Positions 49,169 to 61,119 of a stretch of 64,000 nucleotides of DNA are shown here, one piece after another; position 1 is the stretch's first letter, and every line of letters starts with the position of its first letter. Under the pieces are notes generated by a model. The model was not told where the DNA came from. It searched no databases and worked only from the letters and a program-made list of their open reading frames with translations. Both the position numbers and the translations under genes were made by a program. The DNA is taken from the NCBI RefSeq assembly GCF_020745735.1, contig NC_083401.1, forward strand, positions 108,807,740 through 108,871,739. Direction: 5' to 3'. The stretch is from Hemiscyllium ocellatum (lineage: Eukaryota).

Positions 49169-49747
49169 AGGATCTTAACAAAAAGCCCAAAGGGTCAAAT
49201 GGCCTACTCTTTCTAACTGGTATGTCTGGGTGCTCCACATATTATTTCTCACTGACAGAAAAAAAGGGACATAATGTGGAAGTAACTTTTAAATGTTCCT
49301 AATTGCATGTCACTAAAAGAGGTATCAGCTCTTCTGGCATTGTTCATGAAGGCATCATTGCTTTGCATTTGAACAATGTGCCACAAATGAATTAAACGTC
49401 CTCCTATCATGGTGTAAACTATGTTTCTAGTTTGTATGTGTTCAAAATAAAACAAGTGCAATCTGACCAGTTTAGCTGTCAACTATGGTTCAGTAACTTC
49501 TGCTTATACAGGACTATTAGTATTGCAAATAAAGATTCAGGCTTTTCTGGTATTCAGTCTGAATGAGGAGCACGTTAACTGTTTTGCAAATTCCTGACTC
49601 AGTTATAAATCATTGACGATTGAAGTTGGAGTGAAGAATGAGAGTAGTGTTGTTCTTTTGGGAATGCAAGCCTTAATGATCTAATAAACGTTTATTGACA
49701 AAAGTCTTTTCAATTTTCTTACTAATTATAATGTGTAACTTTTTCAG

Positions 49748-49830
49748 AGCAATAAAAGTGAAAGGGAAGTAGTCGTCAAGTCCTTAAAACTGTACCTTGG
49801 ACTGAAAAAGAAACTGAAGCCTCCGACTAG
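49748..49830 (+). CDS. ARAP2: ARAP2 coding exon (PH5): SNKSEREVVVKSLKLYLGLKKKLKPPT(S/R)
   Basis: Acceptor cttttttcag, donor AG|gtaacg, 83 nt, phase 0 to 2. Contains the ARAP PH5 motif YxGxKKKxKPPT. The next exon (expected WG...) was not found before 64000. Confidence 0.92.
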
Positions 49831-50414
49831 GTAACGATATTTTCTAATTGAGGACAGAAGACAAGTTCAGACATGAAGCAATGTTTTATTTATGTAAACT
49901 AATTTAGCAGACACATTTACACAAAATGCAAATTATCCTATTTGCATTTGCAATATGAAATGTACAAAAACACAAGGCATTATGATTAAACATCATAATT
50001 CCTTTTCATTGTGCAATCTCTTGGAGGAAGCAAAATAAATTACAAACTCTGAGACCAATTCAGTGTCCAAACTCTTAGAAATCCTTCTCTGCCCTCTTTA
50101 GATGACCAAAATGAGTTTGGGAAATTACCAAGTCCATGAGGTATTTACTCAGAAACTTTATCTATTTTCCTCAAGTTTATGCTTTATGTTGAATGCGGCT
50201 TGCCCAGACTTTGTTTTAATCATCGGCAACAAATCTGCACTTGCCTGTCAAGCCAACAATGTATTCTAAATATTGATAACTTACTGCAAAAAGCAGTCTC
50301 ATGATATAAAAGTTAATTCAATGTTTATGTTGGCCATGAATGAACTGATTTTTTCTTATCCTATGTAGTTAAAAGGCTGTTCTTGGAAATATTCAGGATC
50401 TTCCTAAGTGTATT

Positions 50415-50650
50415 ACAACCAATAAAGAATATTTATGTATTGCATTTTTGAAGGAAACAATAGTTGATTTACGCACTGAAAAGCCCACAAACTACAATCT
50501 AATGACTGGATAATTTACTTTAGCAATGAAATGTGACCAGGACATTGGGAAGACCACTTCTATTCTTTTAACTATTACCATGGGATTTCTAAAATCTATG
50601 AGACCAGACAGGCTTTGGTGATCCAAAGGACATTAGTCCTTTCATTAAGT
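50415..50650 (-). mobile_element. Decayed Deu-domain SINE
   Basis: cccacaaac...aatgactggataat...ccaggacattggg...ccatgggat, the reverse complement of the 37040 family. Confidence 0.45.
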
Positions 50651-51406
50651 TTAATAGAAATCACCACACAATATATGCTATCCAAGAGAAAATAAGCTCA
50701 ACTGACCTACCAAAGCCCAGTTTATCCCTTCAGGTATCTGCCATCAGGAAGGGACTGATTTTATCCAATCCACTTGTACATGCAGAATTTGCAGTAGCAA
50801 CCAACATTAGATGTGTTTTTGCAATTGGGCAGCATTTTGCTTGATAATCCTGACTGTGCAAAGAAATATACTGATAACCAAATCAAAATTGTCAGTCAGT
50901 CACCCAGTATACTGGAAGCAGCACATTAATACACAGATCCTGTTCTTTGCAGACAGAAAGAACATGTAACATGCATTGAGCCTGATAAGTGACAGCTATT
51001 TGCAGGTTCATTTCTCAGGGCAATGCCTTGACTATTTAGAGCCAACCTGCCTGCTTTAAAATTTAAGCAAAGCCTGGCAGTTACACGGTTAATGTTGATT
51101 GACAGTTATCTCCATGGCATTGGCTCTACCAATCAGACTCCACTTGCCAACCAGATTACATTTTCATCTCATTCAGTATAAATGATGGTTTTCTTCTTAG
51201 CTTGGTATTCTTGTCAAATGTTCTGAGACATTTCAGATGTGTGTCTTCTTTCCAACAATACCCCAAGTAGGATGTGCACTAATAAGCTAATCTATCAGAA
51301 ACCGAACTTAGCACAATGGCATATAAAGTCAACACTGACTAGAAAATTGGGGAGAATGAGCATAATAGCCAAAGCCATAGAATTAACGGGTACATCTCTA
51401 GCAATG

Positions 51407-51625
51407 TCGAGAGTGTGGTGCTGGAAAAGCACAGCAGGTCAGGTAGACTCTGAGATGCAGGAGAATCAACGTGTCAGACCTAAGCCCTTCATCGGGATTC
51501 CCGATGAAGGGCTTATGCCCGAAACATCAATTTTCCTGCTCCTTGGATGCTGCCTGACTGGCTGTGCTTTTCCAGCACCACAATCTCGACTCTGATCTCC
51601 AGCATCTGCAGCCCTCACTCTCTCC
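51407..51625. mobile_element. Penelope-derived fold-back mini-element, family A
   Basis: Centre ttcatcggga-t-tcccgatgaa with the tail on the right. TSD tacatctctagcaatg / tacattctctggcaatg (51391-51406 / 51626-51642). Confidence 0.88.
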
Positions 51626-51789
51626 TACATTCTCTGGCAATGGTCCATATTCTTGAAGCATGAAATCCAAAAATTGTTGTGAAATAAGTGTGATAATTTT
51701 GTTGGAATCATATTTTTCATTTTGATATGGATTGGTTTTGACAGTACATTGATACAAAAGCAGCAATATTGGAGTCAGATTGACATTTT

Positions 51790-52640
51790 AAAATTTTATT
51801 CACTATGTCAGCATTGCTGGCTGACCAGCATTTATTGCCTGTCCCAAGTTGCCCTTGAGATGCTGGTGGTGAGCTGCCTTCTTGAGCTGTCCATGTGCTG
51901 CAGTTGACCATAGGGAGGCCTTAGGGAGGAAATCGCAGGATTTGGACCCAATGACAGTGAAGGAACAGTGATATACTTCCAAGTCAGATGGTGAGTGTCA
52001 TAGAGGGGAACGTGGAGGTGGTTGTGTTCCCATATAGCTTTTGTCTGCTGCCCTTATACTTCTATATAGAGCTGGCCTCAGGTTTGGAAGGTGCCAATTC
52101 GTGATCTTTGGTGAATTTCTGCACTGCATCTTGTAGATAATACATACTATTGTTATGGAGGGAATGGATGCTTGCAGATATGGTGCCAATCAAGCAGGCT
52201 GCTTTGTCCTAGATGGCGTTGAGCTTTTTTGAGTGTTGATGGGGCTGCACTCATCCAGGCAAGTGGGGAGCATTCCATCACACCCAATACTTATGCCTTG
52301 TGGATGGTGGTCAGGCTTTGGGGTGCGAGGAGTATTCCTAGCATCTAACCTGTTCTTGTAGCTACTGTATTTATATGGAAAATTCAGTTGAATTTCTGGT
52401 CAATGGTAACTCCAAAGATGTTGATAGTGGGAGATTATGTGATGGTAAGACCATTGACTGTCAAGGGGTGGCATCGTCTCTTATTGGAAATGGTCATTGC
52501 CTGGTATTTGTGTGGTATGAATGTTACTTACTATTTGTCAACCCAAGCCTGGATATTGTCCAGGTCTTGTTGCATTTGAACGTGGACTGATTCAGTATCT
52601 GATAAGTCGCAAATACACAATGTTGAACATTGACTGCTGA
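51790..52640 (-). mobile_element. CR1/L2-clade LINE family B, 3' fragment
   Basis: Reverse complement of 15740-16400 and 33880-35020. Confidence 0.8.
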
Positions 52641-52713
52641 TGACTGCACAATCTGAAAACACTTAAGCCAAGAGGCTTAAGACCATTCCTGTTGGGCATT
52701 TAACTTCAACATT

Positions 52714-52912
52714 GACAATAGACAATAGGTGTAGGAGTAGGCCATTCGGCCCTTCAAGCCAGCACCATCATTCATTATGATCATGGCTGATCATCCACAA
52801 TCAGTATCCTGTTCCTGCCTTATCCCCATAACCTTTGATTCCACTATCTTTAAGAGCTGTATCCATCTCTTTCTTGAAAGTGTCCAGGAACTTGGCCTCC
52901 ACTACCTTCTGG
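52714..52912 (-). mobile_element. 3' end of another CR1 family
   Basis: gacaatagacaataggtgtaggagtaggccattcggccc...gatcatggctgatc: CR1-type 3' UTR with a 7-mer tail repeat. Confidence 0.75.
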
Positions 52913-52939
52913 ACCTTTGCAATACTATCGTAAGATAAC

Positions 52940-53157
52940 GAGGAGAAAGTGAGGTCTGCAGATGCTGGAGATCAGAGCTGAAAATGTATTGCTGGAAAAG
53001 CACAGCAGGTCAGGCAGCATCCAAGGAACAGGAGATTCAACGTTTCGGGCATAAGCCCTTCTTCAGGAATCCTGAAGAAGGGCTTATGCCCGAAACGTCG
53101 AATCTCCTGTTCCTTGGATGCAGCCTGACCTGCGCTTTTCCAGCAACACATTTTCAG
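52940..53157. mobile_element. Penelope-derived fold-back mini-element, family A, with the best-preserved hammerhead
   Basis: About 90 bp arms. 15-bp TSD ctatcgtaagataac / ctatggtaagataac (52925-52939 / 53158-53172). Confidence 0.92.
53033..53072 (-). ncRNA. Minimal type I hammerhead-ribozyme-like motif
   Basis: Minus strand GGAUUC CUGAAGA A GGGC UUAU GCCC GAA ACGU U GAAUCU: 6-bp stem I, 4-bp stem II, palindromic ACGU stem III and an NUH site (GUU). The plus-strand mirror core 53072-53099 has GUC. Confidence 0.62.
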
Positions 53158-54992
53158 CTATGGTAAGATAACTCCAGCTGGATACAAAGTGATAGTTAAA
53201 TCTTGACTTCTCCTGAGAATTTTACAAACTCACTTCCAAATCATTGTGCTGAAAATAAAATTGTCACTTGTGTTCTCCTAATGTTAATGAGCTGGGAAAC
53301 AGTTGGCCATGTAATAAAACTCTGCAATGTTTGAGGCATAAAGAGAACTCTAAGAGAGCATTTAACTGTCATTAACTTTACAAGTTAAACAGCTCCAACA
53401 AAAATTCAGCTGTTTTAAAGTGCAGTTATATTCCACATCTTGCAGCATTAAGAAATTATGTTACCAATACAAAACAAACAATACAGTTGAAGCCAGACTC
53501 AATCAGAGGTTCTGCATCGAAGAGATGCCACATTTGCTGAAGGATAATTGCAACTAGTACAAAGTCAACCTTTTAAACCTGAAAGTTTATAATCATTTCA
53601 GTAATTCATTGACTCGTCATGAGTAGAACTTGTATCTATCTCTGTTTGGTGATTGATTGCTGAGGACAGCAGAACTTGACACTCAAGATCATACCAATGC
53701 AAAACTGGGAAATGTAATTTCTCATTAAAGTAATAACAATCAATATGCAAGTTCACTCGGTTTAGCCTGTCCCATCCAATTGTGAAGATCAATCAATTTG
53801 TTGCTGGTTGCATAAGTTCAGATGTTTTATCTATAAAGACTAAGGTACTATTCTTTACTAATAATGTTGGAATATTTCTATTTATTCTCCATGATCCAAT
53901 ATTTTTCTTATCTTTTCATATTCAAAGCCCAATTAGTTTTCCCTTATTAAAAAGAACTTTACTTCTTTTATCTGGTATTAGATTAACTCTTCTTAAAGTA
54001 ATGAGTTCCTAGCCTTTGCTCTGCATGTCTTGGTGCTACCTTTTACTTAGTCAATATCCTGTTTGTAATATTTGAACATTTGCTGCAATTACCAATTAAG
54101 CTTTGAGCCAGATAGAGCTAGACATTTGTCTTCCTCACATCCTCCTTTAACAACCTATTTATCACTTTTGCCATTTAGGTTGATGAGAGTAAAAAACGTG
54201 CACTTGCTTTCAAGGACATCACTTTAACTCTTATGTTGCCAGAATGCAAAATATTTGTACCGAGCTTAATTTGTACCAAGCTTCTCCAGTTGTAAATTAA
54301 TACTGTGTACTATGGCAGTTAGGTAGATTTGGGATAGTGGTGAACACATAACCATTTGTTATCATCCCTGACTCTGAAACTGATAAATTCTTAAATTCCT
54401 TAACCTTATTCCGATCCTTATTGCTCAGAATGGTGGCACTTCAATGAGTCCGGCCCACGTACAATAAATATGCTTCCATAGTCTAATACTGTACATTCTG
54501 ATCCTATCGCCAACACATCAATCACCTGTCTGAAATTTCTTGTAACTTATACAATGCTCTCTTTTTGATCCGTAGCTCGATGACCTTCCATTTCATTTTA
54601 GTTTCAAATACTCTTCATGCCTTTGAGTCAGAAATAATATTCTTGTACTTTGAATCATACCTAAAACTTGTATTGATTACACCATGGACATTATGGAATT
54701 CATTATTTACTGTAAGTTCCAAATTCCCTTTGCTTCTCAATCTTTTCAAAGCATTTCTGGAATTCATTTCTCTTGGTTAATTCTTTATCATATTGTTGCC
54801 TGTAACTTGATTTCGAAACGGTCTTGCCAGTCTGTGAACCTAGTGTCCTTCAGTTTTTATTCTATCAAATGCTGCTGGAAAGGAATGCTTTGCGTGATTT
54901 TTTTTTCAGTGCTTCTGAGGTTTATTCTAGCAAGGTATATTTGTCTGTAAATCTAACTCTCATTAATAGTTCTGTATAAAGTGAATATAGGC

Positions 54993-55885
54993 AAAAGTGA
55001 GGACTGTAGATGCTGGAAACCAGAGTCTAGGTTAGAGTGGTGCTGGAAAAGCACAACAGGTCAGGCAGCATCCTAGAAGCAGGAAAGTCGATGTTTTGGC
55101 CAAAAACCCTTCATCAGGAGTGGAGGCAGGGAGCCTCCAGGGTGGGGAGATAAGGAGGGGAGGAGGGGGAGGGAGAGGTGGGGCTGGGAAGAAGGTAGAA
55201 AAGAGTACAGTAGGTGAGTGGGGGTGGGGATGGATATGATAGGTCAGAGGGGAGGGTGGAGCGGATAGATGGGAAGGGAGATTGGCAGGTAAGATAGGTC
55301 ATGAGGACAGCGCGGAGTTGGCAGGTTGGAACTGGAGTAAGGTGGGGGGAGGGAAAATGAGGAAACTGGTGAAGTCCACATTGATGTCCTGGGGTTGAAG
55401 TGTTCTGAGGCAGAAGATGAGGCATTCTTCCTCCAGGCATCCAGCGGTGAGGCCCAGGACCTGCATGTCTTCGGCTGAGTGGGAGGGAGAGTTGAAATGT
55501 TGAGCCACGGGGCGGTGGGGTTGATTGGTGCTGGTGTCCCGGAGATGTTCCCTAAAGCGATCTGCTAGGAGGCGTCCAGTCTCCCCAATGTAGAGGAGAC
55601 TGCATCTGGAGCAACGGATACAATAAATTATATTAGTGGATGTGCAGGTAAAACTTTGATGGATGTGGAATTTGGTGTGATTAGAGCAGAGTGAGTGGAG
55701 AGGTGCGCGGTGTGAGGGTGAGAGGTTGGAGTGGGTGAGGGGGGTAGACAGTTTGAGGTGGTTAATGTTGTTGGGATTGGAGCAGAGGGAGTGGAGAGGT
55801 GCGGGGTGTGAGGGTGAGAGGTTGGAGTGGGTGGGGGGGGTAGACGGTTTGAGGTGGTTAATGTTGTTGGGATTGGAGCAGAGGC
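54993..55885 (-). mobile_element. Rearranged Penelope-like retroelement: GIY-YIG endonuclease, 3' pLTR end and a duplicated pre-RT segment
   Basis: ORF 55299-55943 reads FTCTSTNIIYCIRCSRCSLLYIGETGRLLADRFREH...VAQHFN (GIY-YIG). The end at 54993-55120 is the same sequence family as the fold-back arms, with a degenerate CTGATGA core. Confidence 0.92.
55681..55885. repeat. 96-bp tandem duplication (two copies plus a stub)
   Basis: Units start at 55681, 55777 and 55873 (tt[a/g]gagcaga) and give a 32-aa repeat in the minus-strand ORF. Confidence 0.92.
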
Positions 55886-56149
55886 AGATGAAAGTTATTA
55901 ATTTGTCCAAACCTTCATCGAGGTACAATCTGTCACTCTCCAATTCTGAATATAATATTGCTTCTTATTCTGATATGTGTGGTAGCAAAAGAGTCAAAGG
56001 AGTAACGCTGATACACATAACTGCTTCATTCTTCCATAGGCAACAATATTCGCATTAAGAAAAGGTAACCATATCCCAATACATTCAGCCATTTCGCAAA
56101 AGTTTTCTTTAAATTACTCGAAGGACAGACACATGAGAAATCTGTAAAT

Positions 56150-56345
56150 TCTGCCATCCTCCTGACTTGGAACAATGTTACTAGTCCCTGACAGTTAACT
56201 GGGTCAAGATCCTGGAATTCCCTTCCTAACAGCATTGTGATGCCTTTACCTCCCAAGGACAACAGTGATTCAAGAAGATAGCTCATCACCACCTTCTCAA
56301 GAGTAATTAGGGAAGGACAATAAATGCTGGCTCAGGCAGAGACCC
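56150..56345 (+). mobile_element. LINE family B 3' end
   Basis: catcctcctgacttggaac...ttctcaagagtaattagggaaggacaataaatgctggc. Confidence 0.7.
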
Positions 56346-56556
56346 CACCTGGATTTCTTTTTGAAAAGCTTGGTTTTAAATCTCTAAATTGCAAACAGCT
56401 AATCATCCTCTGCATCCATAGATAGACACGAGAGGTGATTGGTTGGTTACATGGAGTCCAGATATATTTTTTTCTAGTCAGAATTTAATTTCAACTCATA
56501 GATAACGAACTATGAAGCACTTGCTGCCATCAGGTCTCATCCATTTATACCTCAAT

Positions 56557-59500
56557 TAGAGTCATAGAGATGTACAGCATGGAAACAGGCCCTTCAGTCC
56601 AACATGTCCATGCCGACCAGATATCCCAAACCAATCTAGTCCCAACTGCCAGCACCTGGCCCATATTCCTCTAAACCCTTCCTATTCATGTACCCATCCA
56701 AATGCCTCTTAAATATTGCAATTGTACCAGCCTCCACCACTTCCTCTGGCGTACACGTACCACCCTCTGCGTGAAAAAGTTGCCCCTAGGTCTCTTTTAA
56801 ATCTTTCCCCTCTCATCCTAAACCTATGCCCTCTAGTTCTGGACTCCCCGACCCCAGGGAAAAGACTTTGTCTATTTATCCTATCCATGCCCCTCATAAT
56901 TTTGTAAATGTCTATAAGGTCACCCCTCAGCCTCCGACATTCCAGGGAAAACAGCCCAGCCTGTTCAGCCTCTCCCTGTAGCTCAAATCCTCCAATCCTA
57001 ATACCATCTTTTCTGAACCCTTTCAAGTTTCACAACATCGTTCCGATAGGAAGGAGACCAGAATTGCACACAATGCTCCAACAGTGGCCTAACCAATGTC
57101 CTGTACAGCCGCAATATGACCTCCCAACTCCTGTACTCAATACTCTGACCAATAAAGAAAAGCATACCAAACACCTTCTTCACTATCCTATCCACCTGCG
57201 ACTCCACTTTCAAGGAGCTATGAACCTGCACTCCAAGGTCTCTTTGTTCAGTAACACTCCCTAGAATCTTACCATTAAGTGTATAAGTCCTGCTAAGATT
57301 TGCTTTCCCAAAACGCAGCACCTCGCATTTATCTGAATAAAGCTCCATCTGCCTCTTCTCAGCTCATTGGTCCATCTAGTCCAGATCCTGTTGTAATCTG
57401 AGGTAACCCTCTTCACTGTCCACTATACCTCCAATTTTGGTGTCATCTGCAAATTTGCTAACTGTACCTCTTATGCTTGCATCCAAATCATTTATGTAAA
57501 TGACAAAAAGTAGAGGACCCAGCACCAATCCTTGTGAAACGCCACTGGCCACAGGCCTCCAGTCTGAAAAACAACCCTCCAGCACCACCCTCTGTCTTCT
57601 ACCTTTGAGCCAGTTCTGTATCCAAATGGCTAGTTCTCCCTGTATTCCATGAGATCTAACCTTGCTAAGCAGTCTCCCATGGGGAACCTTGCCGAACGCC
57701 TTACTGAAGTCCATATAGATCACATCTACTGCTCTGCCCTCATCAATCTTCTTTGTTACTTCTTCAAAAAACTCAGTCAAGTTTGTGAGACATGATTTCC
57801 CATACCAAAGCCATGTTGACTATCCCTAATCAATCCTTGCCTTTCCAAATACATGTACATCCTGTCCCTCAGGATTCCCTCCAAAACCTTGCCCACCACT
57901 GAGGTCAGGCTCATTGGTCTGTAGTTCCCTGTCTTGCCTTTACAGCCCTTCCTAAACAGTGGCACCATGTTAGCCAACCTCCAGTCTTCTGGCACCTCAC
58001 CTGTGACTATCGATGATGCAAATATCTCAGCAAGAGGCCCAGCAATCACTTCTCTGGCTTCCCACAGAGTTCTCTGGTACACCTGATCAGCTCCTGGGAT
58101 TTATCCACCTTTAACCATTTCAAGACATCCAGCACTTCCTCCTCTGTAATCTGGACATTTTGCAAGATGTCACCATCTATTTCCCTACAGTCTATATCTT
58201 CCATATCCTTTTCCACAGTAAATACTGATGCAAAATATTCATTTAGTATTTCCCCCATTTTCTGTGGCTCCCACACAAAGGACGCCTTGCTGAGGCACCC
58301 TATTCTGTCCCTAGTTAGCCTTTTGTCCTTAATATATTTGTAAAAACCTTTTGTATTCTCCTTAATTCTATTTGCCAAAGCTAACTCATGTCCCCGTTTT
58401 GCCCTCCTGTTTTCCCTCTTAAGTATACTCCTACTTTCTTTATACTCTTCTAAGGATTTACTTGATCTATTCTGTCTATACCTGACATATTCTTCCTTCT
58501 TTTTCTTAACCAAACCCTCTTTTTCTTTAGTTATCCAGCATTCCCTATACCTACCAGCCTTCCCTTTCACCCTGACAGGAATATACTTTCTCTGGATTGT
58601 TGTTATCTCATTTCAGAAGGCTTCCCATTTTCCAGCCGACCCTTTTTCTGCAAACATCTGCCTCCAATCAGCTTTCGAAAGTTCTTGCCTAATGCTGTCA
58701 AAATTGGCCTTTCTCCAATTTAGAACTTCAAGTTCTAGATCTGGTCTATCCTTTTACATCACTATTTTAAAACAAAAAGAATTATGGTCGCTGGACCCAA
58801 AGTGCTCCCCCGCTGACACCTCAGTCACCTGCCCTGCCTTATTTCCCAAGAATAGATCATGTTTTGCACATTCTCTAGTAAGTACATCCACATTCTGAAT
58901 CAGAAAATTGTCTTGTACGCACTTAAGAAATTTCTCTCCCTCTAAACCTTTAACACTATGGCCGTCCCAGTCTATGTTTGGAAAGTTAAAATCCCCTACC
59001 ATAACTACTCTATTATTCTTACAGATAGCTGAGGTATTCTTACAAGTTTGTTTCACAATTTCCCTCTGATTGTTGGGGGGTCTATAACACAATCCCAATA
59101 AGGTGATCATCCCTTTCTTATTTCTCAGTTCCACCCAAATCACTTCCCTGGATGTATTTCCAGGCATATCATCCCTCAGCACAACTGTAATGCTATTTCT
59201 TATCAAAAATGCCACTCCCCCTCCTCTCTTGCCTCCCTTTCTATCCTTCCTGTAGCATTTGTATCCTGGAACATTAAGCTGCCAGTCCTGCCCATCCCTG
59301 AGTCATGATGCCGTAATTGCTATGATATCCCAGTCCCATGATCCTAACCATGCCCTGAGTTCATCTGCCTTCCCTGTTAGGCCCCTTGCATTGAAATAAA
59401 TGCAATTCAATTTATTGGTCCTACCTTGTCCCTGCCTGCCCTGACTGTTTGACCCACTTCTGTTCTCAGCTGTACCCGTCTCAGATTGATCTCTTTCCTC

Positions 59501-60300
59501 ACTATCTCCCTTGGTCCCACCCCCCCTACCTTACTAGTTTAAATCCTCCCAAGCAGTTCTAGCAAATTTCCCTGCCAGTATATTAATCCACTTCCAAGTT
59601 AGGTGTAATGCGTCCTTCTTGTATATGTCACTTCTACCCCAAAAGAGATACCAATGATCCAAAAATGTGAATCCTTCTCCCATACACCAGCTCCTCAGCC
59701 ATGCATTCATCTGCTCTATCCTCCTATTCCTGCCCTCACTAGCTCATAGCACTGGGAATAATCCAGATACTACTACCCTTGAGGACCTCCTTTTTAAATT
59801 TCTGCCTAACTGTCTGTAATCTCCCTTCAGAATCTCAACCTTTTTCCTTCCTACGTCATTGGTTCCAATGTGGACAATGACCTCCTATTGGCCCCTCTCT
59901 CCCGTGAGAACATTCTGCACCCTCTCTGAGACATCCTTGATCCTGGCACCAGGGAAACAACACATCATTCTGCTTTTTCTCAGCTGGCCCCAGAAACGTC
60001 TGTCTGTACCTCGGTCTACAAAATCCCCTAACACAATTGATCTCTTGGAAGCCGACGTACCCCTCATTGCAATAGAGCCAGTCTCAATACCAGAAAGTTG
60101 GCTGTCTATGCTACGTTTCCTGAGAATCCATCACCCCCTATATTTTCCAAAACAGCATACCTGTTTGAAATGGGTATATCCACAAAAGACTCCTGCACTA
60201 GCTGCCTACCTCTCTTAACTCCAGGAAGGGTAACCCATCTATGTGACTGTATTTGAGACTTTCCCCCCTTCCTATAACTGCCATTCATCACATACTGTTG
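56557..60300 (-). mobile_element. Long 5'-truncated HER1/CR1 LINE: ORF1 esterase part plus ORF2 (endonuclease and RT), frameshifted
   Basis: Ordered ORFs: SIVLGDFVDRGTDRRF..CCFPGARIKDV (SGNH esterase); VMVGDFNFPNIDW and GSSDHNS (APE endonuclease); NYRPMSLTSVVGK, YMDFSKAF, QGLVLGPLLF and FADDTKI (RT). Ends in the ctctatgactcta tail. Confidence 0.96.
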
Positions 60301-60409
60301 TTAACGTATAACCATCATCTGTTCCCTAATTCCACTTGGTGTCAGACAACTCTGTCAAACCCTACCAGTTATTAGCATGATTTACCTTCAATACAACGAA
60401 GCACAAAAG

Positions 60410-60705
60410 GAAAAAAAAGCTTATTTTGTATCTATTATGACCTCTTAATATTCCAAAATCCTGAAATATTAAACTATTGACTCTGTATGAGTAAATATTG
60501 CAGCCAGTTTTTACATAGCATGAGTTACAGGCACAGTTGATTTGATTTTAGAGGTGTTGATTACAGGAAAATGTTTAGCAAGACACCAAAACAACTCAGC
60601 TGTTTTACTTTGAATAGTGTCTAGATTTTTTACATCTATCTAAACAGGCAGCTTATTTTAGCATATCCAAATAACAAGCACCTCTGACAACGCAGTGCTT
60701 ATTAG
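60410..60705 (-). mobile_element. Decayed Deu-domain SINE
   Basis: gcagccagttt, caagacacc and tttgaatagtgtc: reverse similarity to the 37040 family. Confidence 0.45.
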
Positions 60706-60829
60706 TTCAGAGGAACAGGTCAGTCAGCCCTCGAGCCTGTTCCACCATTCTAGATCATGACTGATCATCTAATTCCATATGATAGTCCTACACAAAAATA
60801 TGTGCAGAATGAGGAAAAAGTGTATTTAT

Positions 60830-61082
60830 GACAGGAGCCAGATAGTAATCATCATTCAGAATTAAGCTGAATATAGAAGATGTAGGAAAAGACAATCAAA
60901 GAGGGCTATGAGAAAAGATTGGCAACTAACATAAAGGGCTATTCGAAAGTCTTCTGTATGCAGATCGACAGTAAAGGTTTGATTAAAGAAGTAGTGTTGG
61001 TAACAGACCAAAAGTGGATTTACAGATGGAAACCAGAGACATGGTCGAGCTGTTAAGTGACTACTTTGTATCTGTCTTTACC
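60830..61082 (+). mobile_element. Old CR1 ORF2 linker fragment
   Basis: KRGYEKRLATNIKGYSKVF and MVELLSDYFVSVFT. Confidence 0.7.
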
Positions 61083-61119
61083 GTTATCCGTTCATACTCA
61101 GAGCTTGAGGTTCGGATGA

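Noticed and set aside
50960-51270. Repeat that may belong to another ribozyme-bearing family
   Set aside because: Single copy in the window with no intact CTGATGA/GAAA core; the resemblance is from memory only.
55681-55885. CRISPR-like or host minisatellite array
   Set aside because: Only two contiguous units with no spacers, in a vertebrate context; the unit resembles Penelope coding sequence.
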